Positions 8,355 to 17,683 of a stretch of 64,000 nt of DNA are shown here, piece by piece (within the stretch, counting starts at the first letter, position 1; the number at the start of each line of letters is the position of its first letter). The notes under the pieces were generated by a model. That model had not been told where the DNA came from, made no database searches, and saw only the letters and a program-made list of their open reading frames with translations. The position numbers and the translations under genes were made by a program. Location of the stretch: positions 64,001 through 128,000 of IMG/VR virus record IMGVR_UViG_3300023174_000050. One strand, given 5' to 3'. This stretch comes from a virus.

Positions 8355-9515
8355 ATGTCAACTACAAGTAAACCGCTGGGTCTTCCTGAGCAATTAAATA
8401 GAGCATCTGTTGAATATAGAAATCAGGATCAAGATAGAGGTTATAGAATTGGCACGTATGAATATCCTGAGGATTTAAGAAACCGCCCGGATTTACAGCA
8501 TTATGTTGCATTTTATATAAATGTGCGAGATAAATCCACACGGGGAAAAAATAAGAATCGTAATGACTATTTTTCTGGAGATGAGGAAGCAGGAAGAATA
8601 GACACCTTGAGAAATAAAGGGGCTCCGTTATCAATAAACAAATTAGAGTCTGGATTAGCAGATGTACTATCGGTAGCAAAAACAGGGGCAGTTGCTGCAG
8701 CATCGTATAACGTTTTCAAAGGATTAAATACGAGATTAAAAAATCCAAGAGATGCAATAATAGGCGGACTCGGCGCAGGAGCATTAACTTTAGGGGCAAT
8801 AGAAGGAGGAGAATCTTTATTAGAATTTATGAGAGGTGGCGGTCCGCTTCCGGCATTTACCCCAGGCAATACTTCAAGACTAAAAGATGTAATAACACTA
8901 CATATATCAGAAAAACCTGTAGTTAAATATCAAACAAATTATACTGATAGAGAACTAGGGACGCTTGCAGGATTACTTGTTCAAGGGTCTGCACAAAATA
9001 CTTATGCGCAAGCGTCAAAAAATCCAGAGTATCAAGCAGCATTACTTGCAAGCCTTGCAAAGATACCCACATTAAAATCTAAAGGAGGATTGATTTCAGA
9101 TTTACTTGAATTAAAATCTCGAACAAAAACAAATCCTTTTAGAGAAGTTTTATTTGAATCTGTAGATTATAGAAGTTTTAATTTTAGTTATAGATTTTTT
9201 CCAAAGAATGAACGCGAAACTAATAAAGTAAAAAACATTATAGAGTTGTTTAAAATCAATATGCTTCCTGAAATAACCTCAGAAAAATTATTTTATATCT
9301 ATCCATCAGAATTTGACATTGAATATTTTTATAAAGATTCGCCAAACCCATATTTACATAAATTTGCAAGATGTGCTTTAGTTAATATGGAAGTGGATTA
9401 TGGCGGAGACCAATTTGTCACTTTTCAAGATGGTTCCCCTGTAGAAATAGGATTAACGCTAACCTTTAGAGAATTAGAACAACTAACATCTGAAAGGGCG
9501 AAGAATGGCTACTAA
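8355..9515 (+). CDS. gp48: Baseplate tail tube cap
   Basis: NPFREVLFESVDYRSFNFSYRFFPKN, YPSEFDIEY, CALVNMEVDY, LTLTFRELE motifs. Confidence 0.85.
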   Translation: MSTTSKPLGLPEQLNRASVEYRNQDQDRGYRIGTYEYPEDLRNRPDLQHYVAFYINVRDKSTRGKNKNRNDYFSGDEEAGRIDTLRNKGAPLSINKLESGLADVLSVAKTGAVAAASYNVFKGLNTRLKNPRDAIIGGLGAGALTLGAIEGGESLLEFMRGGGPLPAFTPGNTSRLKDVITLHISEKPVVKYQTNYTDRELGTLAGLLVQGSAQNTYAQASKNPEYQAALLASLAKIPTLKSKGGLISDLLELKSRTKTNPFREVLFESVDYRSFNFSYRFFPKNERETNKVKNIIELFKINMLPEITSEKLFYIYPSEFDIEYFYKDSPNPYLHKFARCALVNMEVDYGGDQFVTFQDGSPVEIGLTLTFRELEQLTSERAKNGY

Positions 9516-10113
9516 TCTTTTTGAATCTTTTCCAAGAATAAACTATACATTAGATGATGGGGAAACAATACAAGTTGTTGTAGATATTTTTAAACGCGCA
9601 GTTTTATCTAAAGAGTTTCAAGAAAACAATTCATATTTTGAAAAGTATGAGATATTAGATGGAGAAACTCCTGAGAATGTAGCATTTAGATTTTACGGGA
9701 CACAAGATTTATATTGGTTAATATTATTGACGAATAATATAGTTGATCCTAGATATGAATGGCCATTATCAGAACAAAATTTAATAAAATTTGTTGAAAG
9801 TAAATATGGTACAGCTAAAGATATATTTACAACTAACAGGGCAATTAATCCAAAAGGATATCAAATAGAAACTTTTTTTATACTATTGGAAGATTCAACA
9901 CATAAAAAACCAATACGATTACTTGTGGAAGATGATGTTAATACGGGAATTAATACACCGTTGGCATATAGAGAATCTGAAATAACTACAGATTTTCAAA
10001 GTAATTATGAAGTAGAACAAAACAAAAATGAATCCCGCAGAACAATAAAAGTGCTAAAATCCAATATTGTGCAAGACGTAGTCGCTAATTATCTTTCAAG
10101 TATAAGTCAATAA
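9505..10113 (+). CDS. gp53: Baseplate wedge subunit
   Basis: FESFPRINY; YEILDGETPENVAFRFYG..LYWLILLTNNIVDPRYEWP (LysM-like); YEVEQNKNE..RTIKVLK. Confidence 0.88.
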   Translation: MATNLFESFPRINYTLDDGETIQVVVDIFKRAVLSKEFQENNSYFEKYEILDGETPENVAFRFYGTQDLYWLILLTNNIVDPRYEWPLSEQNLIKFVESKYGTAKDIFTTNRAINPKGYQIETFFILLEDSTHKKPIRLLVEDDVNTGINTPLAYRESEITTDFQSNYEVEQNKNESRRTIKVLKSNIVQDVVANYLSSISQ

Positions 10114-11456
10114 TGTCCGAAGAATTATTACAAATACCTGGACAGGTAATTATAAATGAAATTATTTTAATTTCAGGAAAGGGTGTTGCTTTAGGTATAA
10201 CAGATTATCTTGTGGAATTAAATTTATATGAAAGTATATTTAATCCTGTTGTAACAGGATCTATACTATTGTCCGATAGTACAAATTTGATATCTTTATT
10301 TCCTTTAATTGGAGAAGAATTTTTAAAGGTAGATATTAAAACTCCTAGTTTGGATGACTCACAAAGCATTTATAAAACTTTTAGAATTAATTCTATTCTA
10401 AATAAAACTTATGCGAAAGACGGTAGTACTTTAATATATGAGTTAGGATTAACTTCAGTAGAAGCATTTCAAGATTCTATTAATCCAATATTTAAATCCT
10501 TTGAAGGTACTCCTGGGGAAATAATACAAAAAATATATACAGACTATTTACAGGTTGATAGAAATATTTCTGTTAACACTATTAATAATCAAAATAAAAC
10601 TCCTTTAACTATTTTAGAATATCCAACAAACTTTATAAAATTTGTTAGTCCCGGTTGGACCCCGATACAATGTATAAATTGGATTGCTAGCAAATCTTTA
10701 CCATCTAATAAAAAAGCAGCAAATTACTTATTTTGGGAAACAACCAAAGGATTCTTTTTTGGAAGTACAGAAAAAATATTTTCAAGAATAAATTCTGCAT
10801 TTGCAGGAACATATGTTTATTCTGAAACATATATTAATACTCTTGGTATAGATGAAAAATCTTTAGGTATGTATGCTATTAGATCTTTAAAAATAGATCA
10901 AACAATGGATCAATTGGACAATACTAGAATGGGATATCTTGCAAGTACATTGTATGATATAGACTTATATAATAAAAACTATAACATGGTTAAATATGAT
11001 CACGCATTAGAATTTTCAAACTATTCCCATTTAAATGGGGATACTCCCATGTTCGATAAAACTACATTAAGAAATCCATTGTCATATATAGAATTTAATT
11101 ATAGCAGCCCAAAACTACATAATTCTGCAGAAAATAATTTTGATCAAATGCCTAAATTTATGTTTGGGAATAGAAGATCCAATATGTTAGAATTAAACAA
11201 TTTTAAAATGGAAATAACTATTCCGGGAAGAACAGATTTAGAAGTTGGTAATATTGTAGGAATAACTTTTCCAAAATCTCCAGGTGCTCCATTGACCAAA
11301 GAATCTAAAAGTGATAGTAAACACGATGAGTTATATTCTGGAAATTATTTAGTAACAAATCTTGCGCATAAAATTAATCCAAAAACACATTATATTACTA
11401 TGAATGTTCTAAAAGACTCCTTTAATACTAAATCATATAATAAGGCCGGTAAATGA
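10113..11456 (+). CDS. Baseplate hub protein (gp27-like)
   Basis: ELNLYESIF..VTGSILLSD..PLIGEE N-terminus, YLFWET..GFFF, IPGRTDLEVG, YSGNYLVTNLAH; directly upstream of gp5. Confidence 0.65.
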   Translation: MSEELLQIPGQVIINEIILISGKGVALGITDYLVELNLYESIFNPVVTGSILLSDSTNLISLFPLIGEEFLKVDIKTPSLDDSQSIYKTFRINSILNKTYAKDGSTLIYELGLTSVEAFQDSINPIFKSFEGTPGEIIQKIYTDYLQVDRNISVNTINNQNKTPLTILEYPTNFIKFVSPGWTPIQCINWIASKSLPSNKKAANYLFWETTKGFFFGSTEKIFSRINSAFAGTYVYSETYINTLGIDEKSLGMYAIRSLKIDQTMDQLDNTRMGYLASTLYDIDLYNKNYNMVKYDHALEFSNYSHLNGDTPMFDKTTLRNPLSYIEFNYSSPKLHNSAENNFDQMPKFMFGNRRSNMLELNNFKMEITIPGRTDLEVGNIVGITFPKSPGAPLTKESKSDSKHDELYSGNYLVTNLAHKINPKTHYITMNVLKDSFNTKSYNKAGK

Positions 11457-14023
11457 TATTAGGAAATAAATTTGTATGGTGGACCGGGGTTGTAGAAGAT
11501 AGGGAAGACCCGGAAAAACTAGGTCGGTGTCGAGTAAGAATATTTGGATATCATACCGATGATACCTCATTATTACCGACCTCAGATTTACCATGGGCAA
11601 TACCAATTCAATCAACTACATCTGCAGCAACATCTGGAGTTGGCCATACCCCTGTTGGTATTGTTCCTGGTGCATGGGTAGTTGGATGGTTTTTAGATGG
11701 AGAGGAAGCCCAACGACCATTGATAATAGGAACGATTGCAGGAAAACCTGATCCATCCGTTTCTGCAATATCTAAACAAAATCAAGATAAAAAACTTTCG
11801 GGAGTAGTAAAGGCCCCCGACGGATCGTATTTGGTAAATCAAAATAACGAATATGTTTTAACAAAAAATCAAAACTTAGATTTAAAAGATAGATTAGGTC
11901 CGTTAAAACCCTCAGACATAGATACTATGTTATCAGTAATATCCTCAGCAACATCTGGAGGTAGTTATACTAAGGAAAGTTCTGATGGCAATCTTGGCAA
12001 ATATCAATTTAGTATTAATACCTTAGTTGATCTAGGATATGTTAAAAGATGTCCAGAGGATATAGTAACAACTGCTTGGACCAGTGATAATACTAATTGG
12101 ACCGGTAAGGATGGTATAACTAGTAAAGCAAAATTTTTAGAAAATACAGGCGTACAGGAAAACGCGGCATTGATATTTACTGAAAATAACTACAAGTCTT
12201 TACTCGCAATGGGAAAAATAACTGAGACAGATGATCCTAAAAATATAGCTAGTCTTTTGGGTACAGCTTTAGTTATGGGTACCAATAATGCAGACAAATT
12301 AAATAAAAAAGATAATGACGGAAAACTTGCAAAAGATTATTTTGTAGCTGTAAATTCTGCATTAGGCGGAAATAATGAAAATTTTAATTATAATTTGGAT
12401 GATGCTGGTAATTACTTATCCAGCACACTAAATACAAATACAAGCGGCGGTGCTTTAAATAATTCAGAATTAAAGTTACAGTCTGGATTCAAAGATCCCA
12501 ATAAACAATATCCAAAAGCAGAATATACCGGATTAAGCGATATCAATAAGTTAGCAATTGGAGACACCTCTCATAAAATATTTAAAGTTAAGAAAAATAA
12601 AAAAATAGACAATATACCTTTAGCTAGTAGCAAACAAACATGGAATGAACCTTCTCCCGCGTATGGCGCAGGATATCCATATAATCAGGTAATTGAAACT
12701 GAAGCAGGGCATGTGATTGAATTAGATAATACACCCGGAGCAGAAAGAATACAAGTATTTCATAAATCTGGTTCATATATTGAAATAGATGTAAATGGCT
12801 CAATGGTTAGAAAAACGGTGGGTGAAAATTATGAGATTACTGATAGAAATAACTTTGTATATGTCAAAGGTGCGCATAGCTTAACTGTAGAGGGACAAAC
12901 AAATATACTGGTTAAAAGTGACGCAAAAATACAGGTTGATGGAGATCTATCGGTTACCAGCCATGGCAGTACTATGGTACAAACTGCTCGTACTGCAACT
13001 ATAATTGCAGAAGATTTAGTTGTAACAGCTGCAAAAAGTCTTACATTAACCTCAGAAGGCTCCGTTAATATACAAGGTAAAAACATAAATTTATATGCTA
13101 AGGATGGCTCCATTACCGAAGTTGCAACCAAAGATATTTCATTAGAAACAGGAAGAGCTAGTACTTTGAGTTTGAATGGAGGATCGGCCACCCTTATAGA
13201 AGGTGCAGTTGTAAAAACAAAAATGGGGGCAAATGATGTTGTACCAATTAATCGCCCGCTATTAGATAGACCAGCAGCAAAATCTCCAGACAAAACAGGT
13301 ATACCGGTATTACCTAGAGAAGTTATTTCTAAAGCAAATTATTATTTTGACGCAGGAGAATCTGGGGCAGATACCTATATTAATACTCTGCAATCGCAAG
13401 GAATTATAAATCCAAATATAGTATCAAAAATAGATAATGCTGCAGGAGCACCAATAGTAAGATATACTAAGGTTACTGCAGTTGATGATGAGGAAATTAA
13501 AAGTTTTAATTACTTTCCAAGATCTTTTATTTTATCAAACAAGGAAAATCGAATTTTTACGTTAGGTGATTTATTACAGGATGGAGGATTGGTTGCTCAA
13601 CGGGGATTAACTGAGCAACAAATTGTGTATAATTTAAAACAATTAGTTATTAATTGTTTGGATCCAATAAAAGCAAAATATCCTGATATGAAAATTAACA
13701 GCGGATTTAGACCAATATCTGCAACGGTGACCGGCAGTAATCCCGAAAAGAGTGACCATGGATTGGGAGCGGCGGTAGATATTAAATTTACAAATACTAA
13801 ATTTAAAGATTATAAAGATGTTGCGGAATGGATAGTTAAAAATGTCCCACACAAACAAGTTATACTTGAATATTATTTTGAATCAGGTAGTAATAAACTA
13901 GTATCTTCTTGGATACACATTGCTCTATTAGTTTCTAATAACACAGTAGCAAATTCCGCCGCACCAGTACAAACTTTTGCAAATCATCAATCTGTTTCTA
14001 AAACTTTGGTAAATTTAGCATAA
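11453..14023 (+). CDS. gp5: Baseplate central spike with a lysozyme-like insert and a C-terminal M15-type peptidase
   Basis: OB-fold N-terminus (WWTGVVEDREDPEKLGRCRVRIFGYH..LPWA); YPYNQVIETEAGH..ELDNTPGAERI; beta-helix repeats; C-terminal INSGFR..SDHGLGAAVDI..WIH. Confidence 0.9.
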   Translation: MILGNKFVWWTGVVEDREDPEKLGRCRVRIFGYHTDDTSLLPTSDLPWAIPIQSTTSAATSGVGHTPVGIVPGAWVVGWFLDGEEAQRPLIIGTIAGKPDPSVSAISKQNQDKKLSGVVKAPDGSYLVNQNNEYVLTKNQNLDLKDRLGPLKPSDIDTMLSVISSATSGGSYTKESSDGNLGKYQFSINTLVDLGYVKRCPEDIVTTAWTSDNTNWTGKDGITSKAKFLENTGVQENAALIFTENNYKSLLAMGKITETDDPKNIASLLGTALVMGTNNADKLNKKDNDGKLAKDYFVAVNSALGGNNENFNYNLDDAGNYLSSTLNTNTSGGALNNSELKLQSGFKDPNKQYPKAEYTGLSDINKLAIGDTSHKIFKVKKNKKIDNIPLASSKQTWNEPSPAYGAGYPYNQVIETEAGHVIELDNTPGAERIQVFHKSGSYIEIDVNGSMVRKTVGENYEITDRNNFVYVKGAHSLTVEGQTNILVKSDAKIQVDGDLSVTSHGSTMVQTARTATIIAEDLVVTAAKSLTLTSEGSVNIQGKNINLYAKDGSITEVATKDISLETGRASTLSLNGGSATLIEGAVVKTKMGANDVVPINRPLLDRPAAKSPDKTGIPVLPREVISKANYYFDAGESGADTYINTLQSQGIINPNIVSKIDNAAGAPIVRYTKVTAVDDEEIKSFNYFPRSFILSNKENRIFTLGDLLQDGGLVAQRGLTEQQIVYNLKQLVINCLDPIKAKYPDMKINSGFRPISATVTGSNPEKSDHGLGAAVDIKFTNTKFKDYKDVAEWIVKNVPHKQVILEYYFESGSNKLVSSWIHIALLVSNNTVANSAAPVQTFANHQSVSKTLVNLA

Positions 14024-14029
14024 TAAATA
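14023..14029 (+). promoter_or_regulatory. Relaxed late promoter (ATAAATA)
   Basis: ATAAATA 6 nt before the gp25 ATG; possibly a leaderless or short-leader transcript. Confidence 0.5.
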
Positions 14030-14035
14030 TCTAAT

Positions 14036-14434
14036 ATGGCAACCAGCAAAACTCTCAAACAATATGTAGATTTAGATCTTTCATTTAAGGTAAATCCCTT
14101 TACCAGAGATCTGTATCTAAAAACAGATGAAGATGCAGTAAAAACTGCACTAAGGAATTTATTAAAGACTAAAAATTTTGAAAGACCTTTTCATCCAGAA
14201 ATAGGAACACAAATTCATTCTTTAATGTTTGAAAATTTTACATCTGCTGTAAAAATTGCAATGGAAAGAACAATAAAAGAATCCATAGAAAAATTTGAAC
14301 CTAGAGTTAGACTAATAAATCTAGTTGTAGATGAAACAGAAGATGCAAATGAATTAGTAGTCAATATTATTTTTGCCTTAAAGAATACTAACAACCCTAT
14401 AACAATAACAACATTCATAAGTAGAGTACGATAA
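14036..14434 (+). CDS. gp25: Baseplate wedge subunit
   Basis: YVDLDLSF..NP..DEDAVKTALRNLL.T..FERPFHPEIG; IEKFEPRV. Confidence 0.92.
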   Translation: MATSKTLKQYVDLDLSFKVNPFTRDLYLKTDEDAVKTALRNLLKTKNFERPFHPEIGTQIHSLMFENFTSAVKIAMERTIKESIEKFEPRVRLINLVVDETEDANELVVNIIFALKNTNNPITITTFISRVR

Positions 14435-16287
14435 TGGCAAACTACCGAATAGCAGAATTGGATTTTGATGCAATTAAAATCAATTTAAAATCTTTTCTAA
14501 CAAACTATAGAGATAAAGACAACAATTTAATCTTTAAAGATTATGATTTTGATGCGTCTAGTTTATCGATTCTTTTAGATTTGCTTTCATACAATACACA
14601 TTATAACGCATATTTGGCAAACATGGTTGCTAACGAAATGTTTTTAGATTCTGCGGTTAAAAGAGAATCTGCAGTATCTATTGCAAAACATATGGGGTAT
14701 ACTCCATTATCTTTTAGAAGCGCAAAAGCTAAAGTGACATTTACTGTGTTGAACCCTATTGATTTGCCAACGTCATTAACATTAAGAAGATATTCCCCTT
14801 TTACAACTAATATTAATGGTACCGAATATACATTTGTGAATTTAGATCCGGTAATAATATCTCCGATTGATGGTTCCTATACATTTACAAATGTAGAAAT
14901 AGTTGAAGGAGAACCATTAACATATTCCTATAGAGTAGATTTGTCTGGGCCATCCGAAAAATATACAATACCAAATAATAATATAGATACATCTACGATA
15001 CGAGTAACAGTTCAAAATTCGTATACAGATTTAACAACAGAACAATATACACTTTCAGAAAATTTAAGTGCCGTATTGCCTACCTCTAAAGTATTTTTTC
15101 TCGAACAAAATCCAAGCGGACTGTATGAAATATTTTTTGGTGATGGCATTTTAGGAAAAAAATTAACATCCGGAAATATTGTAAGAATAGAATATTTAGT
15201 AAGCCATGGCGATGAGTGTAATGTTTCATCAGGAATAACGCAGAATTTTTCTTTAGGTACAACAATAGGCGGAGTAAGTTTAGACTCCAGTATAGTAGCT
15301 TCTTCAAATTCAACCGGCGGAGGCGCAGGTGACACTATAGATGAAATAAAATTTAAGGCCCCTAGATTTTTATCATCTTTCAATAGAGCAGTCACTGCAA
15401 ATGATTATAAAGCATTAATAGAAGCAAATTTCCCATTAGTCGAATCCATTTCGGTATGGGGAGGTGAAGAAAATAATCCACCAATGTATGGTAAAGTTAT
15501 TATATCTTTAAAACCGTATGAAGGTTATTCTATTAGTGATACTGTAAAAACTAGTATAATAAAAGACATTTTATCTAGTAAAAAAGTTATGTCTATTATA
15601 CCCGAATTTGTAGATCCAAATTATTTGTATATATCAATAGATGCCAGAATAAAATTCTCCTCAAAAAATTCGAAGTATAATTCTCAAGATATAGAATTAT
15701 TAGTTGTAAATACTATTGAAAATTACTTTAGAAAAGAATTACAAAAATTTAATAAGAATTTTATTTATTCTAAATTATCTAAGTCTATAGATTCAATAGA
15801 TTCTTCTATTATAGGTAACGTAATTAGTTTAAAAATTCAAAAAAGAATTTCTCCAGTTGTAGGCGCAGAAAATGGTTTTTCTGGAAATAATGTTATAAAA
15901 TTTGAAAATAAATTAGTTTCAGGAAGTATTAAATCTACAGCATTTTATTATAATACGAATACAGCAAATACAAATATAAATTCAGTTTATATACAAGATA
16001 ATTTGACTACTGCATCTACTAGTTCTTTAGATTTAATAGATTTTTACTCTGGCACGAAATTGGTTAGCGGCATTGGTACTGTAAATTATACTACAGGGGA
16101 AGTATCATTTCCAAGTTTAATTCCTGCAGGATATATAGAAAATTCTCCAGATATAAGGATATCTGCAAAAATAGAAGAGATGGATATTCAATCTACAAAT
16201 AATCTAATTCTGATAATTGATGATACTAAATTGGATACACTTTCTAAAAGAACTTCGGGATTAACTGTAACAGTAATATCGGAATAA
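14434..16287 (+). CDS. gp6: Baseplate wedge subunit
   Basis: ELDFDAIK, DYDFDASSLSILLDLLSYNTHYNAY..NEMFLDSA, YEIFFGDG, IKFKAP..NRAVTANDY, YGKVIISLKP. Confidence 0.95.
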   Translation: MANYRIAELDFDAIKINLKSFLTNYRDKDNNLIFKDYDFDASSLSILLDLLSYNTHYNAYLANMVANEMFLDSAVKRESAVSIAKHMGYTPLSFRSAKAKVTFTVLNPIDLPTSLTLRRYSPFTTNINGTEYTFVNLDPVIISPIDGSYTFTNVEIVEGEPLTYSYRVDLSGPSEKYTIPNNNIDTSTIRVTVQNSYTDLTTEQYTLSENLSAVLPTSKVFFLEQNPSGLYEIFFGDGILGKKLTSGNIVRIEYLVSHGDECNVSSGITQNFSLGTTIGGVSLDSSIVASSNSTGGGAGDTIDEIKFKAPRFLSSFNRAVTANDYKALIEANFPLVESISVWGGEENNPPMYGKVIISLKPYEGYSISDTVKTSIIKDILSSKKVMSIIPEFVDPNYLYISIDARIKFSSKNSKYNSQDIELLVVNTIENYFRKELQKFNKNFIYSKLSKSIDSIDSSIIGNVISLKIQKRISPVVGAENGFSGNNVIKFENKLVSGSIKSTAFYYNTNTANTNINSVYIQDNLTTASTSSLDLIDFYSGTKLVSGIGTVNYTTGEVSFPSLIPAGYIENSPDIRISAKIEEMDIQSTNNLILIIDDTKLDTLSKRTSGLTVTVISE

Positions 16288-16291
16288 ACTA

Positions 16292-17683
16292 ATGTATAAT
16301 ACTTTAACCGATGATTTAGCACTACTTGGGCCATTAAAAATATATGGAGAATCCAAACCCGGACAAGTAAATGGAAACTTACGAGGTTGGTTCTATCCTT
16401 TGTATGTAACAAGAAAAGAAGCCATAGAAGCAGATTTAGAAAAAGGTGGCCTAGGTATTTACAATGTAATTACTTTTTATGACATAGCCGGAGAGTTCTA
16501 TGTTGCAAATAGTTATGGAAAATATGGCGAATTAAAGGATCCTTTAATTTATACTTTGCATACGGGTGACGGTGCAGAAAATCCTTTTGAAAAAATACAA
16601 AACAGACTTTCTATATTAATAGAAAATCAATTACCAGAATTTGTACAAACTGAATATGGAATGTTTATTACTTTTATAAAAGCATACTATGAATTCTTAG
16701 AACAAACTACGCAGGCGCAGGAATTATTGCAAAACATATCCAAGTATGCAGATATAGATGAGACTTCAGAATTGCTAATAAACAAATTCTTTTTAAACTA
16801 TGCAACAGATGTAACAAAAACTTCAATATCAGATAATAAGTTTTTAATTAAAAAAATTAGAGAGATATATAGCAGAAAAGGTACCGAAGAATCTTTTAGA
16901 ATATTATTTAATATTTTATATAAAGAAACTATAGAATTCTTTTATCCTTATAATATTGTATTAAAACCATCATCTGGTAAATGGTATTTACCAAAGACAT
17001 TAAAGGTCAAACAAACTGATAATTTGCAGAATGTATTTGAATTTGAGAATACTGAAATTCAGGGAGCGGTTTCTAAAGCAACAGCTGTAGTAAATAAAGT
17101 ACAAAAAATTAATCTTGGAAATAATGATGTTTATGAATTTATTTTGGATCCGCATAGTATAAAAAATTATTTTCTAAAAAATGAAAAAATAATTGCAACA
17201 AAATCTGTACTTTTAAATAACGTTGTTGATAAATCAAACTTGTCAGTAATAACATATCCAGTGTTATCTAAAATTGATATAATCGATGGTAAATTGGGAT
17301 ATGAAAAAGGAACACCAATAAAATCTATTATAGATAACAGCGGTGTAGGATTATATGCTGCAGCAAAAATTACTGGTGTAAATCAGTATGGTACTATAAC
17401 AAATATAGAAATAGAAAATTCGGGAATAGGGTATAGTAGCAATACTATTATAGTAATTGACCCACCTACACAAATTTTACGAGGAAAATATAGTATAACA
17501 AATGGTATTGTTACAATAGAGTTTCCAACCAATCACGCTATAAAGAAAAATACAATTTTAAAGATAGAATATTTGTCATCGGGTATTTCCGACCCAAGCC
17601 CAATAAAGGGAACATCGCATAAAACCAAAGTTTTATCTGTGCCAAATGTTAGATCTATAAGATTTAAGTATCCGGGATATTAA
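16292..17683 (+). CDS. Baseplate wedge initiator, N-terminal part (gp7-like)
   Basis: QLPEFV..FITFIKAYYEFLE, DIDET, IREIYSRKGTEESFRILFNILY motifs; follows gp6. Confidence 0.7.
   Translation: MYNTLTDDLALLGPLKIYGESKPGQVNGNLRGWFYPLYVTRKEAIEADLEKGGLGIYNVITFYDIAGEFYVANSYGKYGELKDPLIYTLHTGDGAENPFEKIQNRLSILIENQLPEFVQTEYGMFITFIKAYYEFLEQTTQAQELLQNISKYADIDETSELLINKFFLNYATDVTKTSISDNKFLIKKIREIYSRKGTEESFRILFNILYKETIEFFYPYNIVLKPSSGKWYLPKTLKVKQTDNLQNVFEFENTEIQGAVSKATAVVNKVQKINLGNNDVYEFILDPHSIKNYFLKNEKIIATKSVLLNNVVDKSNLSVITYPVLSKIDIIDGKLGYEKGTPIKSIIDNSGVGLYAAAKITGVNQYGTITNIEIENSGIGYSSNTIIVIDPPTQILRGKYSITNGIVTIEFPTNHAIKKNTILKIEYLSSGISDPSPIKGTSHKTKVLSVPNVRSIRFKYPGY

Noticed and set aside
12829-13293. 154-aa antisense ORF inside gp5, and similar short antisense or alternative-frame ORFs in the track (e.g. 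15012-15395, 8567-8869, 37238-37549, 5203-5550, 52728-53084)
   Set aside because: They lie inside well-supported genes, mostly opposite Gly/Ala/Thr/Ser-rich stretches that rarely give antisense stops, and have no RBS or motif; treated as shadow ORFs.
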